The notes: a model not told the origin generated them from the letters alone. 64,000 nt of DNA from a bacterium (GCA_965216315.1 CBDCFN010000016.1:1824001-1888000), one strand, 5' to 3'. Shown: positions 48,419-61,701, counted from the first letter of the stretch. A program made the numbers and translations.

Positions 48419-48964
48419 ATGCGATTGACCGATGAGCAGATCGAGCGCCTCGCAGAGCGGGTCTTGAGAAGGCTCCAAAATGATTCCCTCGTTCAAACCA
48501 AGGTCCCAGGCCCCGAGATCGTCCGCGCCATCGCCGCCTGCATTGTCAAACATCAGAACGACGGCATCGCGGTCGAAAACGAGGTCCGCAAGCTCATGGA
48601 CCAATATTCGGCCCAGATGAGCTCAGGCCAAATCGATACCCAGCAAATGTACTCAATGATTCGCAAGCAGGTCGCCAACAAGCTCAAATACGAGCTCGAT
48701 CCCGAGGAGCAGGTGACCCATGTCTCTCATCTGGTCCACGACCGCATCTACAACGATGATCTCATCGACTACGAAGACGAAGACAAGGCCTTACGGGCCA
48801 TCAAACAGACCCTCCACCAGACTCTCCGGGCCGAAGACACCTTAGGTCAGAAGGTCCGCGACAAGATCGCCTCCCTCAAACGCGAGGTCCAGGAAGGCAG
48901 CCCGGAATGGGAAGTCCTCTATCGCAAGTATATGGACGAAGAGCTGAATAAAAGCGGCGTCTGA
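48419..48964 (+). CDS. DUF507-like protein, apparently two fused domains
   Basis: MRLTDEQIERLAERV...; second half HVSHLV...VRDKIASLKREVQEGSPEWEVLYRKY. Confidence 0.65.
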   Translation: MRLTDEQIERLAERVLRRLQNDSLVQTKVPGPEIVRAIAACIVKHQNDGIAVENEVRKLMDQYSAQMSSGQIDTQQMYSMIRKQVANKLKYELDPEEQVTHVSHLVHDRIYNDDLIDYEDEDKALRAIKQTLHQTLRAEDTLGQKVRDKIASLKREVQEGSPEWEVLYRKYMDEELNKSGV

Positions 48965-48968
48965 ACCC

Positions 48969-48996
48969 TTGACAAGGCGCGTAAAATGGCTATATT
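48969..48996 (+). promoter_or_regulatory. Sigma70-type groESL promoter
   Basis: TTGACA-N16-TATATT. Confidence 0.7.
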
Positions 48997-49008
48997 TCCC
49001 ACCGGTTT

Positions 49009-49035
49009 TTAGCAGTCTCGAATTGAGAGTGCTAA
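49009..49035. promoter_or_regulatory. CIRCE element (HrcA operator)
   Basis: TTAGCAGTC-N9-GAGTGCTAA, one mismatch to consensus. Confidence 0.92.
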
Positions 49036-49115
49036 ATCGGGCTCCCCTAGTGGGATTTTTTTCAATATATTTTTATTGATTTCAAACACTTATATCTCTT
49101 CAGGAGGAATTGATT

Positions 49116-49421
49116 ATGACAAAGAAAAACGGTGTCGGCATTCGCCCCCTGCAGGATCGCATCCTGGTAAAGCGTATCGTCGAAGATGAAAAGACGGCGG
49201 GTGGCATTATCATTCCGGACTCCGCCAAAGAAAAACCCCAAGAAGGCGAAGTCATCGCGGTCGGCAAGGGCCGGGTTACGGATGACGGCAAATCCATCCC
49301 CTTGGACCTTAAAAAAGGCGATAAAATCCTGTTCGGTAAATATTCAGGGACTGAAGTGAACCTTGGGGGTACCGAGCACTTGATCATGACTGAAGGGGAT
49401 GTCCTCGGGGTCATCGAATAA
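49116..49421 (+). CDS. groES: Co-chaperonin GroES
   Basis: [30 protein letters not shown]. Confidence 0.97.
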   Translation: MTKKNGVGIRPLQDRILVKRIVEDEKTAGGIIIPDSAKEKPQEGEVIAVGKGRVTDDGKSIPLDLKKGDKILFGKYSGTEVNLGGTEHLIMTEGDVLGVIE

Positions 49422-49455
49422 GTTATTTTAATGCATTTTTTAAGGAGGAATTCAC

Positions 49456-51117
<1,662 letters not shown>

Positions 51118-51146
51118 CGCTCAGCGTCACTTATCGAAGTCTTACA

Positions 51147-51188
51147 ACCCCGTGGGATGGCGACTGCGTCTATCCCACGGGGTTTTTT
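51147..51188 (+). terminator. Intrinsic terminator after groEL
   Basis: AACCCCGTGGGAT/ATCCCACGGGGTT stem plus T run. Confidence 0.85.
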
Positions 51189-51306
51189 ATGCGCAACCCT
51201 AAGCTGAATCATGCGATAAAGCGATTGACGGCAGAGGGGAGCCCCGGTTACTATCACCCAAATTACAAGGACTTAGGTCTCCTTTAGGGAGCAAAGAGGG
51301 AGTTCG

Positions 51307-53097
51307 TTGAGAGTGTCGTTACCCCGAGCCAGGACAACCCTGGCCCTTATTACAGCCATCGCTTGTCTTGTTTCAACCACCGAGGCCTGGGCCTTTTCTT
51401 TTGCTATTCATGGCTACCTACGCAATCGAGTTGAGTTCTATCAAAATCTCGACGCCCAAAAAGCCAATCCCAATATCAACCAGGGGGGACTCGGCGACAA
51501 TAACCGTTTTGGCAGCATCATGTTTGCCCAGCAGCGCCTGCGCGTGAGTCCCTGGTTTAAACTCAATGATCACTTATCACTCCATTCGTCGATCGATGTG
51601 ATCGACAACATCGTGTACGGGACCAATGCATCGCGCCAATTTGATTTTCATTCGCCCATTATCGGCACGATTCAGATTCCCGGAGCCGGTGGAGCCATCG
51701 GCGTGACGGGCCCCGAAAGCACCGGACAGTTTCAAGCCTTTAATCTCCGTCACGCCTATGCCGATATTCTCCTCCCGATCGGAAAACTTCGAATCGGACG
51801 TCAACCTTCTCATTTTGGTGTCGGCCTGTTCCAACATAATGGCGAAGGATTGGAAGATGATTTCGGCGTCAATAGTGACCGCATCCTATTCATCACGAGC
51901 GTCGAGCTTGCCCAGCTTGAAGGTGGCATCATCAAAAAAGAAGGTCATGTGATCAATACGGGGGTGTCAATCGATTTTGCCTTCACAGGCGCCGAAGACC
52001 CCCGCGACAAAGGGATTGGGGAAATCATCCGAGGGCCCTCGCGCAACATGTGGCAATTCGCTGCCTTTGGATTGTATCAAGCCCCGAAGTTCGAAGTAGG
52101 CCTCGCATCGGGGGTTCGCTTTCGCAATGGCGTCGAGGGAGATACGACAACGCAAGCACGCCCCATTCTCGTCGATGATACCGGCACACCAATCACGGAT
52201 GCCAACGGAAACTTTCAGGTCGGTGAGCTAGAAGATGCGGGCATTGATGGCAATACCCTGCTTTATTTCGCCGATCTCTATTCTAAATTCAACATCACGG
52301 ATGAGATATCCATTTCCGGTGAATATGTCTTCCTGAACGGTAATATCTCGACGGGGGTCGCGATTGATTCCATCCCCTTTAACGGGCTTCCGGCCGGGGC
52401 GCGCGGCGTCATTGAGCTCCCCGCCGAGAGCGGCATGCGTGTCCACATGGCGGCCCTGGAAGTCAAAGGAGATCATAGTTTTGGTGAATGGCTCTTCCAG
52501 GGTGGTCTCGCCAGTGGTGATGCCGAGCCCCTTTCGAGTCGCATCACGCAATTTGGTTTTCGACCTGATTATCAGATCGCCATGCTGATGTTTAACGTCC
52601 CGATTGGATCATCACCACGAATCACCCAAGGCAACCAAAATGGTGTGGGCGGCCGTGTCCTCGTTGGCGCCGAAGCGGTTTCCGGAAACTTCATCAATAA
52701 TGCCATATACGGCGCCCTTGGGTACAAGCACAAACTCAATATGTCCAAGGTCGCCAAGTTCATCAGTAATGCCAAAGTAGGCCTCAAGGCCATCACCGCC
52801 TTCGCCCCTAAAAGCAACTTCAACATCGATTTTGCTGAAATGACGGGCTTTGATGATCTTCCTAAAGTCGTGCAGCCCAGTAAATGGTACGGGGTTGAAA
52901 TCGATGCCAGCTTTGAGATGACGATGTTCGAAAATTTTATCTTCAGCCTCCAGGGGGCCTATCTCTTTGCAGGCCCGGCCTACGACGTCGAACTTGAAAT
53001 CTTTGATCCACTCAACCTCGGCCAAATCAATACGGTCCCGTTTGATGGGGCTAATGATGTCTGGGGTATTAAATCCTCCATGATCTGGCGATTCTAG
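51307..53097 (+). CDS. Putative outer-membrane beta-barrel protein
   Basis: Signal peptide ending AWA; alternating strands; LRIGRQPSHFGVGL; C-terminal aromatic WRF. Confidence 0.75.
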   Translation: MRVSLPRARTTLALITAIACLVSTTEAWAFSFAIHGYLRNRVEFYQNLDAQKANPNINQGGLGDNNRFGSIMFAQQRLRVSPWFKLNDHLSLHSSIDVIDNIVYGTNASRQFDFHSPIIGTIQIPGAGGAIGVTGPESTGQFQAFNLRHAYADILLPIGKLRIGRQPSHFGVGLFQHNGEGLEDDFGVNSDRILFITSVELAQLEGGIIKKEGHVINTGVSIDFAFTGAEDPRDKGIGEIIRGPSRNMWQFAAFGLYQAPKFEVGLASGVRFRNGVEGDTTTQARPILVDDTGTPITDANGNFQVGELEDAGIDGNTLLYFADLYSKFNITDEISISGEYVFLNGNISTGVAIDSIPFNGLPAGARGVIELPAESGMRVHMAALEVKGDHSFGEWLFQGGLASGDAEPLSSRITQFGFRPDYQIAMLMFNVPIGSSPRITQGNQNGVGGRVLVGAEAVSGNFINNAIYGALGYKHKLNMSKVAKFISNAKVGLKAITAFAPKSNFNIDFAEMTGFDDLPKVVQPSKWYGVEIDASFEMTMFENFIFSLQGAYLFAGPAYDVELEIFDPLNLGQINTVPFDGANDVWGIKSSMIWRF

Positions 53098-53100
53098 ACC

Positions 53101-53219
53101 GGCAACTCATAACACCTCGTCTGCTACGTTGCGTTCCTCGATCGCTCCTCGACGTAGGAGTACTACGACTGCGTCGCACCTCGGCACTCTGCCTTGCATC
53201 CGAGCTATTCTGAGCTGCC
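53101..53219. mobile_element. MITE-like repeat, family B, copy 2 (119 bp, reverse orientation)
   Basis: TIR GGCAACTCATAA / GGCAGCTCAGAA (10/12); minus-strand core CAAGGC...TACGTCG...CAACGTAGCAGA. Confidence 0.65.
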
Positions 53220-53264
53220 TCTTCATTGACAAGGCTGCTACTGCACCGATATAGACAGTTTTCC

Positions 53265-54911
53265 ATGTCGGACCCCAAGATTGAAGAAATTAAGGCCGCC
53301 TACGAGGAGGCCCTCGCGAAGGCCAAGAACCTCAAGGAAAAGTACGAAACCCTTTCGGGCATCCCGGTAGAACCGCTACAGCTTCCGGAAACGCTTGAGC
53401 AGGAATACGGCAATCAACTCGGATTTCCCGGTCAGTTCCCTTTCACCCGTGGTGTCTACCCCAACATGTACCGAGGCCGCCACTGGACCATGCGCATGTA
53501 TGCGGGTTTTGCCACCGCCGAAGAATCCAATGAACGTTATCGTTATCTCATTGACCAGGGAGGAACCGGTCTCTCGGTAGCATTCGATCTTCCGACTCAG
53601 ATGGGTTTTGATTCGGACGATGCGATGGCCTTCGGCGAAGTCGGCAAGGCTGGCGTCGCCATCGACTCGTTACAAGATATGGAAATTCTCTTTAATGAAA
53701 TTCCCTTAGATAAAGTATCGACATCCATGACGATCAATGCAACGGCTTCTATTCTGCTCGCCTTCTATATTGCCGTTGCGGAGAAACAAGGCGTATCAAG
53801 TCAGAAGATTACAGGCACAATTCAGAATGACATTCTCAAAGAGTATGCCGCGCGTGGAACCTATATTTTCCCTCCCTCCCCTTCAATGCGCATCATCACC
53901 GATATTTTTGCCTTTTGTAAGGAGAAAGTCCCCCGTTGGAATACCATCTCTATCTCCGGTTACCATATCCGCGAGGCAGGCTCTTCCGCGGTTCAGGAAG
54001 TCGCCTTTACCCTGGCCCATGGTCTTGCTTACGTCAAAGCAGCAACCGATGCAGGGCTTAACGTAGATGATTTTGCGCCGCGACTCTCCTTTTTCTTTAA
54101 TGCCCACAACAATTTCCTAGAGGAAATTGCCAAGTTCCGAGCGGCGCGCCGTCTGTGGGCCCGACTCATGCGGAAACGTTTTAAGGCCTCCGACGCGTCA
54201 TGCAAACTCCGTTTTCATACGCAAACCGGCGGCAGCACCCTCACCGCGCAACAAATAGACAACAATGTTGTCCGCGTCGCCTATCAGGCTCTCGCCGCCG
54301 TGCTGGGCGGGACACAAAGCCTTCACACCAATAGCCGTGATGAAGCCCTGGCCTTGCCGACGGAAGCGTCCGCACGCCTTGCATTGCGAACGCAACAGGT
54401 CATTGCGCACGAAACCGGAGCCTGTGATTTTGTTGATCCCTTAGCCGGATCTTATGCAGTGGAACAACTAACCGACGAGATTGAAAGGCGCGCGCTGGAA
54501 TACATTGAAAAAATAGATGCGATGGGAGGTGCTGTTAAGGCCATCGAAAGCGGATACACACAAAAAGAAATTCAAGATTCTGCCTTTAAATATCAGAAGG
54601 CGATTGAAGATAAGGATTTGATTATTGTCGGTGTCAATGAATTTCAAGTTAAGGAAGACGGCAGTCACGATATTCTAAGAATCACGGCGGAACAACAGCA
54701 ACGTCAGATTGATCGGGTCAAGCAGCTCAAGGAAACCCGCGATAATGACGCCGTCAATCGCGCCCGCGCCGCCTTAAAAGAAGCGGCGGCGGGCACTGAC
54801 AACCTCATGCCGCACATCCTCAATGCCGTAAAGTGCTATACGACACTCGGCGAAATTTCAAACACCCTTCGCGAAGTCTTTGGCGTTTACCGCGACCCTG
54901 TCGTTTTATAA
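53265..54911 (+). CDS. Methylmalonyl-CoA mutase, substrate-binding subunit (split type, no B12 domain)
   Basis: [19 protein letters not shown] (Tyr as in MCM), [18 protein letters not shown]. Confidence 0.88.
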   Translation: MSDPKIEEIKAAYEEALAKAKNLKEKYETLSGIPVEPLQLPETLEQEYGNQLGFPGQFPFTRGVYPNMYRGRHWTMRMYAGFATAEESNERYRYLIDQGGTGLSVAFDLPTQMGFDSDDAMAFGEVGKAGVAIDSLQDMEILFNEIPLDKVSTSMTINATASILLAFYIAVAEKQGVSSQKITGTIQNDILKEYAARGTYIFPPSPSMRIITDIFAFCKEKVPRWNTISISGYHIREAGSSAVQEVAFTLAHGLAYVKAATDAGLNVDDFAPRLSFFFNAHNNFLEEIAKFRAARRLWARLMRKRFKASDASCKLRFHTQTGGSTLTAQQIDNNVVRVAYQALAAVLGGTQSLHTNSRDEALALPTEASARLALRTQQVIAHETGACDFVDPLAGSYAVEQLTDEIERRALEYIEKIDAMGGAVKAIESGYTQKEIQDSAFKYQKAIEDKDLIIVGVNEFQVKEDGSHDILRITAEQQQRQIDRVKQLKETRDNDAVNRARAALKEAAAGTDNLMPHILNAVKCYTTLGEISNTLREVFGVYRDPVVL

Positions 54912-54930
54912 AAACGGGGACGCAGTGACC

Positions 54931-55002
54931 TAGCGAGCAACGCGAGCGAGAGGGGGAGGCTCCGGCGGCTTTGCCGACCGGAGGGGGCGACGCCAGCCCC
55001 TA
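54931..55002. repeat. Structured repeat, family A, copy 4 (reverse orientation)
   Basis: TAGCGAGCAACGCGAGCGAGAGGGGGAGGCTCCGGCGGCTTTGCCGACCGGAGGGGGCGACGCCAGCCCCTA; terminal TAG is the hbd stop. Confidence 0.9.
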
Positions 55003-55851
55003 CGACGAATAGTCGTAAACGCCACGACCTGTCTTACGACCATAACGACCTGCCTCAACATATTTGCGAAGCAAAGGACACGGCGCGTATTTATCACTCC
55101 CCAGGTCGCGATGAAGGACCTCCAGGGCATTGAGCGTGACATCCAGTCCGACGAAATCGGCCAAGGTCAAAGGCCCCATCGGATGGTTACAACCGAGTTG
55201 CATGGCCTGATCAATCTCTTCAGCCGTCGCTACACCTTCATAAAGGGCGTAAAAAGCCTCATTAATCATAGGAATCAAGAGGCGGTTGACTGCAAAACCT
55301 GCCGAGTCTTTGACAGAGATCGCCGTCTTACCGAGAGACTCAGCAAATTCAGTTGCGGCTTTAGCTGTCGCATCTGAAGTCTGAAGACCATTGATAATTT
55401 CAACAAGCTTCATAACAGGGACGGGATTAAAGAAATGCATGCCAACAAAATTTTCTGGTTGTTTAATGTTTGCTGCTAATTGAGTAATCGAAATGCTTGA
55501 TGTATTGCTGGCAACAATAGCTCCATCTTTGACCTTATCTTTGAGCTCTGCAAACATTTTTTCTTTTGCATCGAGATCTTCCGTAATGGCCTCAATAATC
55601 AAATCGCAATCACTGAAATCACTAAGCTGCGCCGGTTGAATCTTTGCAATGATTTCATCTTTCTTGTCCGTTTCAATTTTCCCTTTTTCAACGAGACGGC
55701 CCAGATTTTTCTCAATGCGACCTATTCCTTTTTTAAGAATTTCTTCTGAAACTTCCGAAGCTAACACTTGATATCCGCAGGCTGCTGCCACTTGAGCAAT
55801 ACCGTGCCCCATCGTACCTAAACCGATAACACCAACTTTTTGTATGGCCAT
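55000..55851 (-). CDS. hbd: 3-hydroxybutyryl-CoA dehydrogenase
   Basis: [37 protein letters not shown]. Confidence 0.92.
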   Translation of the reverse strand: MAIQKVGVIGLGTMGHGIAQVAAACGYQVLASEVSEEILKKGIGRIEKNLGRLVEKGKIETDKKDEIIAKIQPAQLSDFSDCDLIIEAITEDLDAKEKMFAELKDKVKDGAIVASNTSSISITQLAANIKQPENFVGMHFFNPVPVMKLVEIINGLQTSDATAKAATEFAESLGKTAISVKDSAGFAVNRLLIPMINEAFYALYEGVATAEEIDQAMQLGCNHPMGPLTLADFVGLDVTLNALEVLHRDLGSDKYAPCPLLRKYVEAGRYGRKTGRGVYDYSS

Positions 55852-55907
55852 CTTTAAACTCCTTTTATCTCTAACTATTTGTATGAATTTATCCCGCGAG
55901 AGCTGAC

Positions 55908-56339
55908 TTATGGATTCGAAACATATTCCTCAAGCATTCTGAGGTCGTCTTCTTTACTGCGGAGGATATATCTCATTAAATCTCGTATCGAAAGCATGCC
56001 TACCGGTTTTCCCGCTGCAATAACAGGCAAATGGCGACATCCCTCACGTTCCATTTTTTGAAGACACAGTTCAGGATCATCTTCATCCAGCGCTATCACA
56101 ACCTGTTTTGTCATAACTTCAGCAATCAAAACCTCCGCAGGCTGCTTATTCTCCGCTAAGACACGACAGATGAGGTCCCGTTCGGAAAAAACCCCGACAA
56201 GCTCTTCTCCATCCAGAACCATCACAATCCCGATATTCTTTTCGCCCATTAACCTGGCCGCTGATTCGGCCGTGTCGGCCGGCTTAACCGAATAATTGAC
56301 TGGAGGATCCGGCATCAAATCTCTGATATGACGCGACAT
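55908..56339 (-). CDS. CBS-domain pair protein
   Basis: [14 protein letters not shown]...GMLSIRDL. Confidence 0.9.
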   Translation of the reverse strand: MSRHIRDLMPDPPVNYSVKPADTAESAARLMGEKNIGIVMVLDGEELVGVFSERDLICRVLAENKQPAEVLIAEVMTKQVVIALDEDDPELCLQKMEREGCRHLPVIAAGKPVGMLSIRDLMRYILRSKEDDLRMLEEYVSNP

Positions 56340-56439
56340 GTTTTAGTTTTATACGATGCGCTCGGACGCCGTCAACGAATTTTAGTCGTGCCTCCTCCGA
56401 CGCTTCGGCCCGATATTTGACGTAACTCGCTGATATCAT

Positions 56440-56829
56440 TTATATTTTACTAGAAGCTTCTTTGTCGATCGCCTGTTTGGCAATACGCACGACATCCTTG
56501 ATATTCGGCAGTGGTTTGGACAGATAATCATAGGCACCTAGCCGCACGGCTTCTTCAGCCGCCTCAATTGTCCCAAAACCGGTGATAATAACGACCTCCG
56601 TGCTGGGCGATACTTTCTTTACGGCTCGCAACACATCAATCCCACTGACATGGGGCATGCGAACGTCCGTTACAATGAGATCGAAATTCTGCTTGTTTAT
56701 CAGCGCGAGGGCTTCTCGGCCATCTCCCGTACTCGTAACTACAAAACGGTCTGCCTCTAAAACTCGCACGATTAGTGAACGGATATCCGGTTCATCATCA
56801 ACTACAAGTACTCTTGGTTGAGTTTTCAT
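56440..56829 (-). CDS. Single-domain response regulator
   Basis: VLVVDDE, TDVRMP, ITGFG, YLSKP. Confidence 0.92.
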   Translation of the reverse strand: MKTQPRVLVVDDEPDIRSLIVRVLEADRFVVTSTGDGREALALINKQNFDLIVTDVRMPHVSGIDVLRAVKKVSPSTEVVIITGFGTIEAAEEAVRLGAYDYLSKPLPNIKDVVRIAKQAIDKEASSKI

Positions 56830-58450
56830 TTAATTGTTCACCTATCCTTGCAACGCCATCTTTGATTACAGGTAGCATGATGATGAATTCCACCCCATTC
56901 TCAGGACCAGGCCTAACCCGAATTTCTCCATTATGGTCCCTGATAATACCGTAACTAATAGAAAGGCCTAAGCCCGTTCCTTTACCCGGACCTTTTGTAG
57001 TAAAGAACGGGTCAAATATACGTTCCATAATACTTTCTTGGATCGGTGGCCCATTATTTGTAAACGAAATAGAGACATAATCGTCATCATAAAAAGATTT
57101 CACTGAAATTTTCCCATTTTTTTGACCTTCAAGTGCATCACGTGCGTTGGCAATAAGATTAATAAATACTTGCTGTATTTGATTAGAATCGGCCCACACG
57201 GATGGAAGCTTCGCTTGGCTGTCAATTTTTACCTCAATGTCATGATTTTTAAGCTGAGCTTTCAGCAACATAAAGGCATCACTGATAATTCTATTGAGAT
57301 CAACCTTCGCAAATTCACTTTTTGACTCGCGAGAAAAAGTCCGGATGTTGTTAATAATCTTGCTCATACGCCCTGTCTGCTCTTCGATACGAAGCAAATC
57401 TTCCTTGACCTGATCATCGGCCTTCAGATCATCTAAAATAAGTTGGGAATAACCCCGAATGGCCGCAAGAGGCTGATTCAGTTCATGTGCAATACCCGCT
57501 CCAAGCTGCCCGATAGCTGTTAGCTTTCCTGCTTGAATCAACATATTCTGCGTTTCCTTCAACTGCATTTCGCGCTCTTCGACTTCTTTTCGCCGACGGT
57601 CTAAGTCTTCCATAATATTCAATGACGCATCCTGAGCCATCTCTAAATCAAGTTTACGTTGTTCTAATTCTTTTGTTTTTTGTCTTAGCTCCTTTGTCCG
57701 CTGCTCAACTAATTCCTCTAATCGTTCCCGGTGAGTCGCTAACTCCTCATCTCTTTCTTGAACCTGTTGAATCATATCGTTAAATCGTATCGTAAGTTCT
57801 CCCACTTCATCATGCGTTACCAGTGGAGCACGAACACTATAATCACGATCTCTAGAAATTTTTCGAGCTATGCTCGATAAAGAAAGAATTGGTCGGGTTA
57901 TAATTCTTTGCAACATAGACGAGAGCAAGAAAGCAACGATAATACTGAGCACTAATATACTTACGACAGTGACCGCGTTATACTGTATTTTTTCTTTAAA
58001 TCGTGCCTGATTAGCAATGAGGGCTGCTGACCCTATCTTCTTGCCATTTAAAAAAATAGGTTGCCTTGTCATGATAAGATCGGTGCGGCTCTCCAGCTTC
58101 GCGGCACTCATGTTTGCTATTTCTTCCTGATAAACCGACCCTTCTTTCGCATAATAGGCGAAGATTTTTCCATCCTTGTCCCAAACGATTACCGCATCGA
58201 TATCATCATAAGCTGCGTTGCCTTCCAATATCTCGTCAGCATTTTCATTATCTTTTTCCGCCAAGGTTAAAGCCATATTTTCCGCCAGAATCTCATTATG
58301 GAAATTAAGATTTTTTAAAACATTTTTTCTCATTGTAACTTGTTCAAAGCCGACAAATATTATCCCGGCCAATATGAGCGCAAGAGTACACACCGTCATC
58401 GTCAAGAATATCATCTTTGAACGAATCGACATTTTATTGAGGTACTTCAT
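56798..58450 (-). CDS. Membrane sensor histidine kinase with HAMP domain
   Basis: Two TM, DEVGEL, AHELNQPL, NLIANA, PFFTTK..GKGTGLGL. Confidence 0.93.
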   Translation of the reverse strand: MKYLNKMSIRSKMIFLTMTVCTLALILAGIIFVGFEQVTMRKNVLKNLNFHNEILAENMALTLAEKDNENADEILEGNAAYDDIDAVIVWDKDGKIFAYYAKEGSVYQEEIANMSAAKLESRTDLIMTRQPIFLNGKKIGSAALIANQARFKEKIQYNAVTVVSILVLSIIVAFLLSSMLQRIITRPILSLSSIARKISRDRDYSVRAPLVTHDEVGELTIRFNDMIQQVQERDEELATHRERLEELVEQRTKELRQKTKELEQRKLDLEMAQDASLNIMEDLDRRRKEVEEREMQLKETQNMLIQAGKLTAIGQLGAGIAHELNQPLAAIRGYSQLILDDLKADDQVKEDLLRIEEQTGRMSKIINNIRTFSRESKSEFAKVDLNRIISDAFMLLKAQLKNHDIEVKIDSQAKLPSVWADSNQIQQVFINLIANARDALEGQKNGKISVKSFYDDDYVSISFTNNGPPIQESIMERIFDPFFTTKGPGKGTGLGLSISYGIIRDHNGEIRVRPGPENGVEFIIMLPVIKDGVARIGEQLNENSTKSTCS

Positions 58451-58461
58451 TTAGGCGTGTC

Positions 58462-59184
58462 CTACCCGGATTTTGAACTGCGTCGGGTGCGCAACTGCGT
58501 CACTTGTTCAGGAACAGCGTATTTATTCGGAAGCCCTAATTTACCGCGCAACTCATTTACTTCATTTTTAAGGTCAATCATATCAAACTCTCTTCCAATC
58601 GTAAGGCGCTGAAACCTCTCCAACTTATCGGCTCTTTCTTGCAACTCATGCGCTGCTCGCTCGCGTTCCGTGATATCCCGGATAATGGCAATGCTCTTAT
58701 CCTCCAGCATAGGGACAAAACGTGCCTCGTAAAATTTCTGTTTACCGCCGATAATTATTGAGTATTCCATACTGACAACAGATCGTGTTTCATTTACTTC
58801 CTTCAGCACTTTCATAAATTTCTGACTGCCCACTGAACCAGGCGCGTCATGTATCATTTTACCAACGAGCTCTTCCCGCGGAATAAATAAGTCCCTATCC
58901 AAGCCAGCTTCACAGTCGAGAATTTTTCCATCCTTATCGAGACAAAAGAAAAGATCCGGTATGGCCTGAAAAACCGCACGCAATTGCGTATTGGCCTCCA
59001 ATAATTCTTGTGAGCTTAGATCAAGTGAACGCTCGAGCATATTACGATCATTATCAGATTGTTTATACGCCTCATTGACTGACGAAATAAATAACTGCCA
59101 ATTTTCAGGAATAACGAAATCACTATCAAAATGTCGTTTGAGTTGTCGTCGCAGCAGGCTATGCAATTCATTCATATCAGTCAC
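58462..59184 (-). CDS. PAS-domain protein
   Basis: HSLLRRQLKR N-terminus; PAS ending IRDITER; REFDMIDLKNEVN coiled coil. Confidence 0.8.
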   Translation of the reverse strand: MTDMNELHSLLRRQLKRHFDSDFVIPENWQLFISSVNEAYKQSDNDRNMLERSLDLSSQELLEANTQLRAVFQAIPDLFFCLDKDGKILDCEAGLDRDLFIPREELVGKMIHDAPGSVGSQKFMKVLKEVNETRSVVSMEYSIIIGGKQKFYEARFVPMLEDKSIAIIRDITERERAAHELQERADKLERFQRLTIGREFDMIDLKNEVNELRGKLGLPNKYAVPEQVTQLRTRRSSKSG

Positions 59185-60317
59185 TCCGATAATGTCGTTA
59201 TCGTCATCGTCTGATTATGCAGCTGGCAGCTGGCATTTGGTATCATTGGCGATATTTCACCGTAGGAATAGAATCCTGTCAGAGCGGTGTGTTCTCCCAA
59301 TACTTCTCTCACACCCTCGACTTCCTCTTCAATGCGTTGATTAAGAACCAATTTTCTGCCGACGCAGCTAATGAGGAGGGCTAGATCCGGCGAAGCTGAG
59401 CCAATCGTTTCATAGCTGTTTTTGGCAGCTGCAACCGCACCATCAATTAAACGGTCAAAATTCGCTCTCATGAGGCGTGCATAGCTACCTATTGGAACAT
59501 CGCCTGCAAAAGTCAGGCTCTGATCCGCTTCATTAATACCAAGTATGGTCCTGACAATTCGATTTTCACTTCCCGGTGTACGGATACAAAGAGGAAAAAG
59601 CAGACCCGTCGCAGGCAGCCCTGAGGCATGCTCACCTAAATACCGTTTATAAAGTTCCAATGCCGATTTACCATCCAATTCGTATAAAATATTTCCCTCG
59701 GCTTTTGTAATAACACGCTCCGGACCAAAGGGATCCCAGCCCCCCAATGAACCAAAACCTATCTTAAGCTTTTCACCGTATAACCCGATGACGGCCACGG
59801 TATCTTTTTCCGGTGCGTCATTTCCAATAACATAAGTTTCCTCAAATCGATCTCCATCTCCAGACAAACCGCCTGTTACCATGACACCTTCCGGAAGGTT
59901 AGCCGTAAGTCCTTGGGCAAGTTCGCTCCCGTTGATATTCAATCCATCTGATAACACAAAAATATGTCGCAAGCGCTCATGATCTAGCGACTCTGAAAGT
60001 TTACGGCCCACTTGCAAACTGCTGTCACAATCTCCAACCTTAATTTTTTTCCCTTTAACAACTGATTTATTAAAATGAACGGCTGTCACTACTACAGAGT
60101 CATCGTAAACACGTGTATCCATAATTTCACCCGCCGTAGAACACCCAATGACATAGGCATTAGGATACGTTTTTTTTATAAAGGTAAATTTTTCTGGATC
60201 TTTCAGAAGTGAGGTCCCTGCGAACACAAAGACGAGTTGCGCTTTTTTTGCCAGCTGACGCGGCTCCTGTGGCTGCCAACCTGACTCAGCGGTCCATTGG
60301 GTCTGTTCGATCTGCAT
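59181..60317 (-). CDS. FIST-domain sensory protein
   Basis: GCSTAGEI, TGGLSGD, ISCVGRK, GFYSYGEI, LHNQT. Confidence 0.9.
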   Translation of the reverse strand: MQIEQTQWTAESGWQPQEPRQLAKKAQLVFVFAGTSLLKDPEKFTFIKKTYPNAYVIGCSTAGEIMDTRVYDDSVVVTAVHFNKSVVKGKKIKVGDCDSSLQVGRKLSESLDHERLRHIFVLSDGLNINGSELAQGLTANLPEGVMVTGGLSGDGDRFEETYVIGNDAPEKDTVAVIGLYGEKLKIGFGSLGGWDPFGPERVITKAEGNILYELDGKSALELYKRYLGEHASGLPATGLLFPLCIRTPGSENRIVRTILGINEADQSLTFAGDVPIGSYARLMRANFDRLIDGAVAAAKNSYETIGSASPDLALLISCVGRKLVLNQRIEEEVEGVREVLGEHTALTGFYSYGEISPMIPNASCQLHNQTMTITTLSE

Positions 60318-60384
60318 AGAGCGCCTCCCCGAACGCCGCCAACATAACACAGCGCAGCATTGATATCTATCTTATTTAAACGAT

Positions 60385-60412
60385 AAAGGGGCTCGCCTTG
60401 GCGAGCCCCTTT
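60385..60412 (-). terminator. Intrinsic terminator after ccr
   Basis: AAAGGGGCTCGCC/GGCGAGCCCCTTT. Confidence 0.75.
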
Positions 60413-60440
60413 AGAAACTTCATCTAATTTTTATTTTGGC

Positions 60441-61691
60441 TTACAACTCAGTCTGTCCCTTTTCACGGGCATTAACGAGTATAGCCATATTGCCATTGGG
60501 ATGCTTGTTTTCGCGCATCAGTTGATGACAGGCCCCGGTTTCACTAAATTCAAATGTCTGCGACAGACACGGATCGACTTTCTTTTCCGCCACAAGGTTA
60601 TTGATCCCCATTGCCTGCTCATCATTGGCGAAATGGGACCCTTGAAAACGTTTCTGCCTCATCCAATGATAACGCAGATCGATCGTCGCATTGTAACCTG
60701 TCGTACCGGCACAGATGACAACCATGCCTCCCGTATCGGCGACGAAGATAGAGGTTGGGACCGTGGCCTCACCAGGATGTTCAAATACGATCGAAGGACT
60801 CTTCTTCTCTCCCAATGCCTCCCAAAAGGCTTTACCGAACGATTTAGCGCCCTTAAACCATTCACCGTACTTTTCAGCATCACGCCAATCAGGAAGAACG
60901 CCCCAATGTGAGAAGTTTTTTCGATTGATCACGCCAACGGCGCCCAGATTCTTGCAATAATCCACTTTGTCGTCGCTACTGACAACCGCAACCGGTTTAG
61001 CCCCGGCTGCCGCCGCAATCTGAATTGCCATACAGCCCAGGCCACCGGCACCTCCCCAGACAAGTACCGCATCGCCCTCTCTGACAACATGCGGGTCCCA
61101 ACCATGAAGCATCCGGTAGGCCGTTGCACCTACCAACATATAACAGGCGGCTTCTTCCCAAGACAGATGCTTAGGCTTGGGTAGGCACTGATGATCTTGC
61201 ACCTTAGTGAATTGCGCAAAACTGCCCCAGCTATTTTCGTAACCCCAAATACGGAATGTCGGGCTGTACATTGGATCGATTCCGGCCTCCACTTTGGGGC
61301 AGTCTTGCTTCCACTGCCCGCAATGGACGACGACCTCGTCACCAACTTTCAGGTTTTTGACGGCACTTCCCACTTTCCAGACAATGCCTGAGGCATCGCT
61401 GCCACCAACATGAAAACCGGACTCGTCTTTCCAGAAGGGATCCTTGGCGCGCGGGCGTATCACGTTGACGGGCACACCTAAGCCCGCCCATACATTATTG
61501 TAGTTGACCCCGGCTGCCATAACATAAACGAGCACTTCATCCGGCTCGAGAGATGGCACCGCTACTACTTCCTGTTGAAAGGCCTCTTCAGGTTCACCAA
61601 AGCGTTCCGGTCGAATTAACTGCGCATGCATTTTTTTAGGCACAACGCCCAGTTCTGGATGCTCACCAAGATCATAGATTTCTTTAGCCAT
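60441..61691 (-). CDS. ccr: Crotonyl-CoA carboxylase/reductase
   Basis: [38 protein letters not shown]2-binding Asn/Glu/His motifs present. Confidence 0.93.
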   Translation of the reverse strand: MAKEIYDLGEHPELGVVPKKMHAQLIRPERFGEPEEAFQQEVVAVPSLEPDEVLVYVMAAGVNYNNVWAGLGVPVNVIRPRAKDPFWKDESGFHVGGSDASGIVWKVGSAVKNLKVGDEVVVHCGQWKQDCPKVEAGIDPMYSPTFRIWGYENSWGSFAQFTKVQDHQCLPKPKHLSWEEAACYMLVGATAYRMLHGWDPHVVREGDAVLVWGGAGGLGCMAIQIAAAAGAKPVAVVSSDDKVDYCKNLGAVGVINRKNFSHWGVLPDWRDAEKYGEWFKGAKSFGKAFWEALGEKKSPSIVFEHPGEATVPTSIFVADTGGMVVICAGTTGYNATIDLRYHWMRQKRFQGSHFANDEQAMGINNLVAEKKVDPCLSQTFEFSETGACHQLMRENKHPNGNMAILVNAREKGQTEL

Positions 61692-61701
61692 CTTTCTCTC
61701 C

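Noticed and set aside
53265..54911. Mutase lacking a B12 domain as a pseudogene
   Set aside because: The ORF ends normally (LREVFGVY); two-subunit mutases are well known
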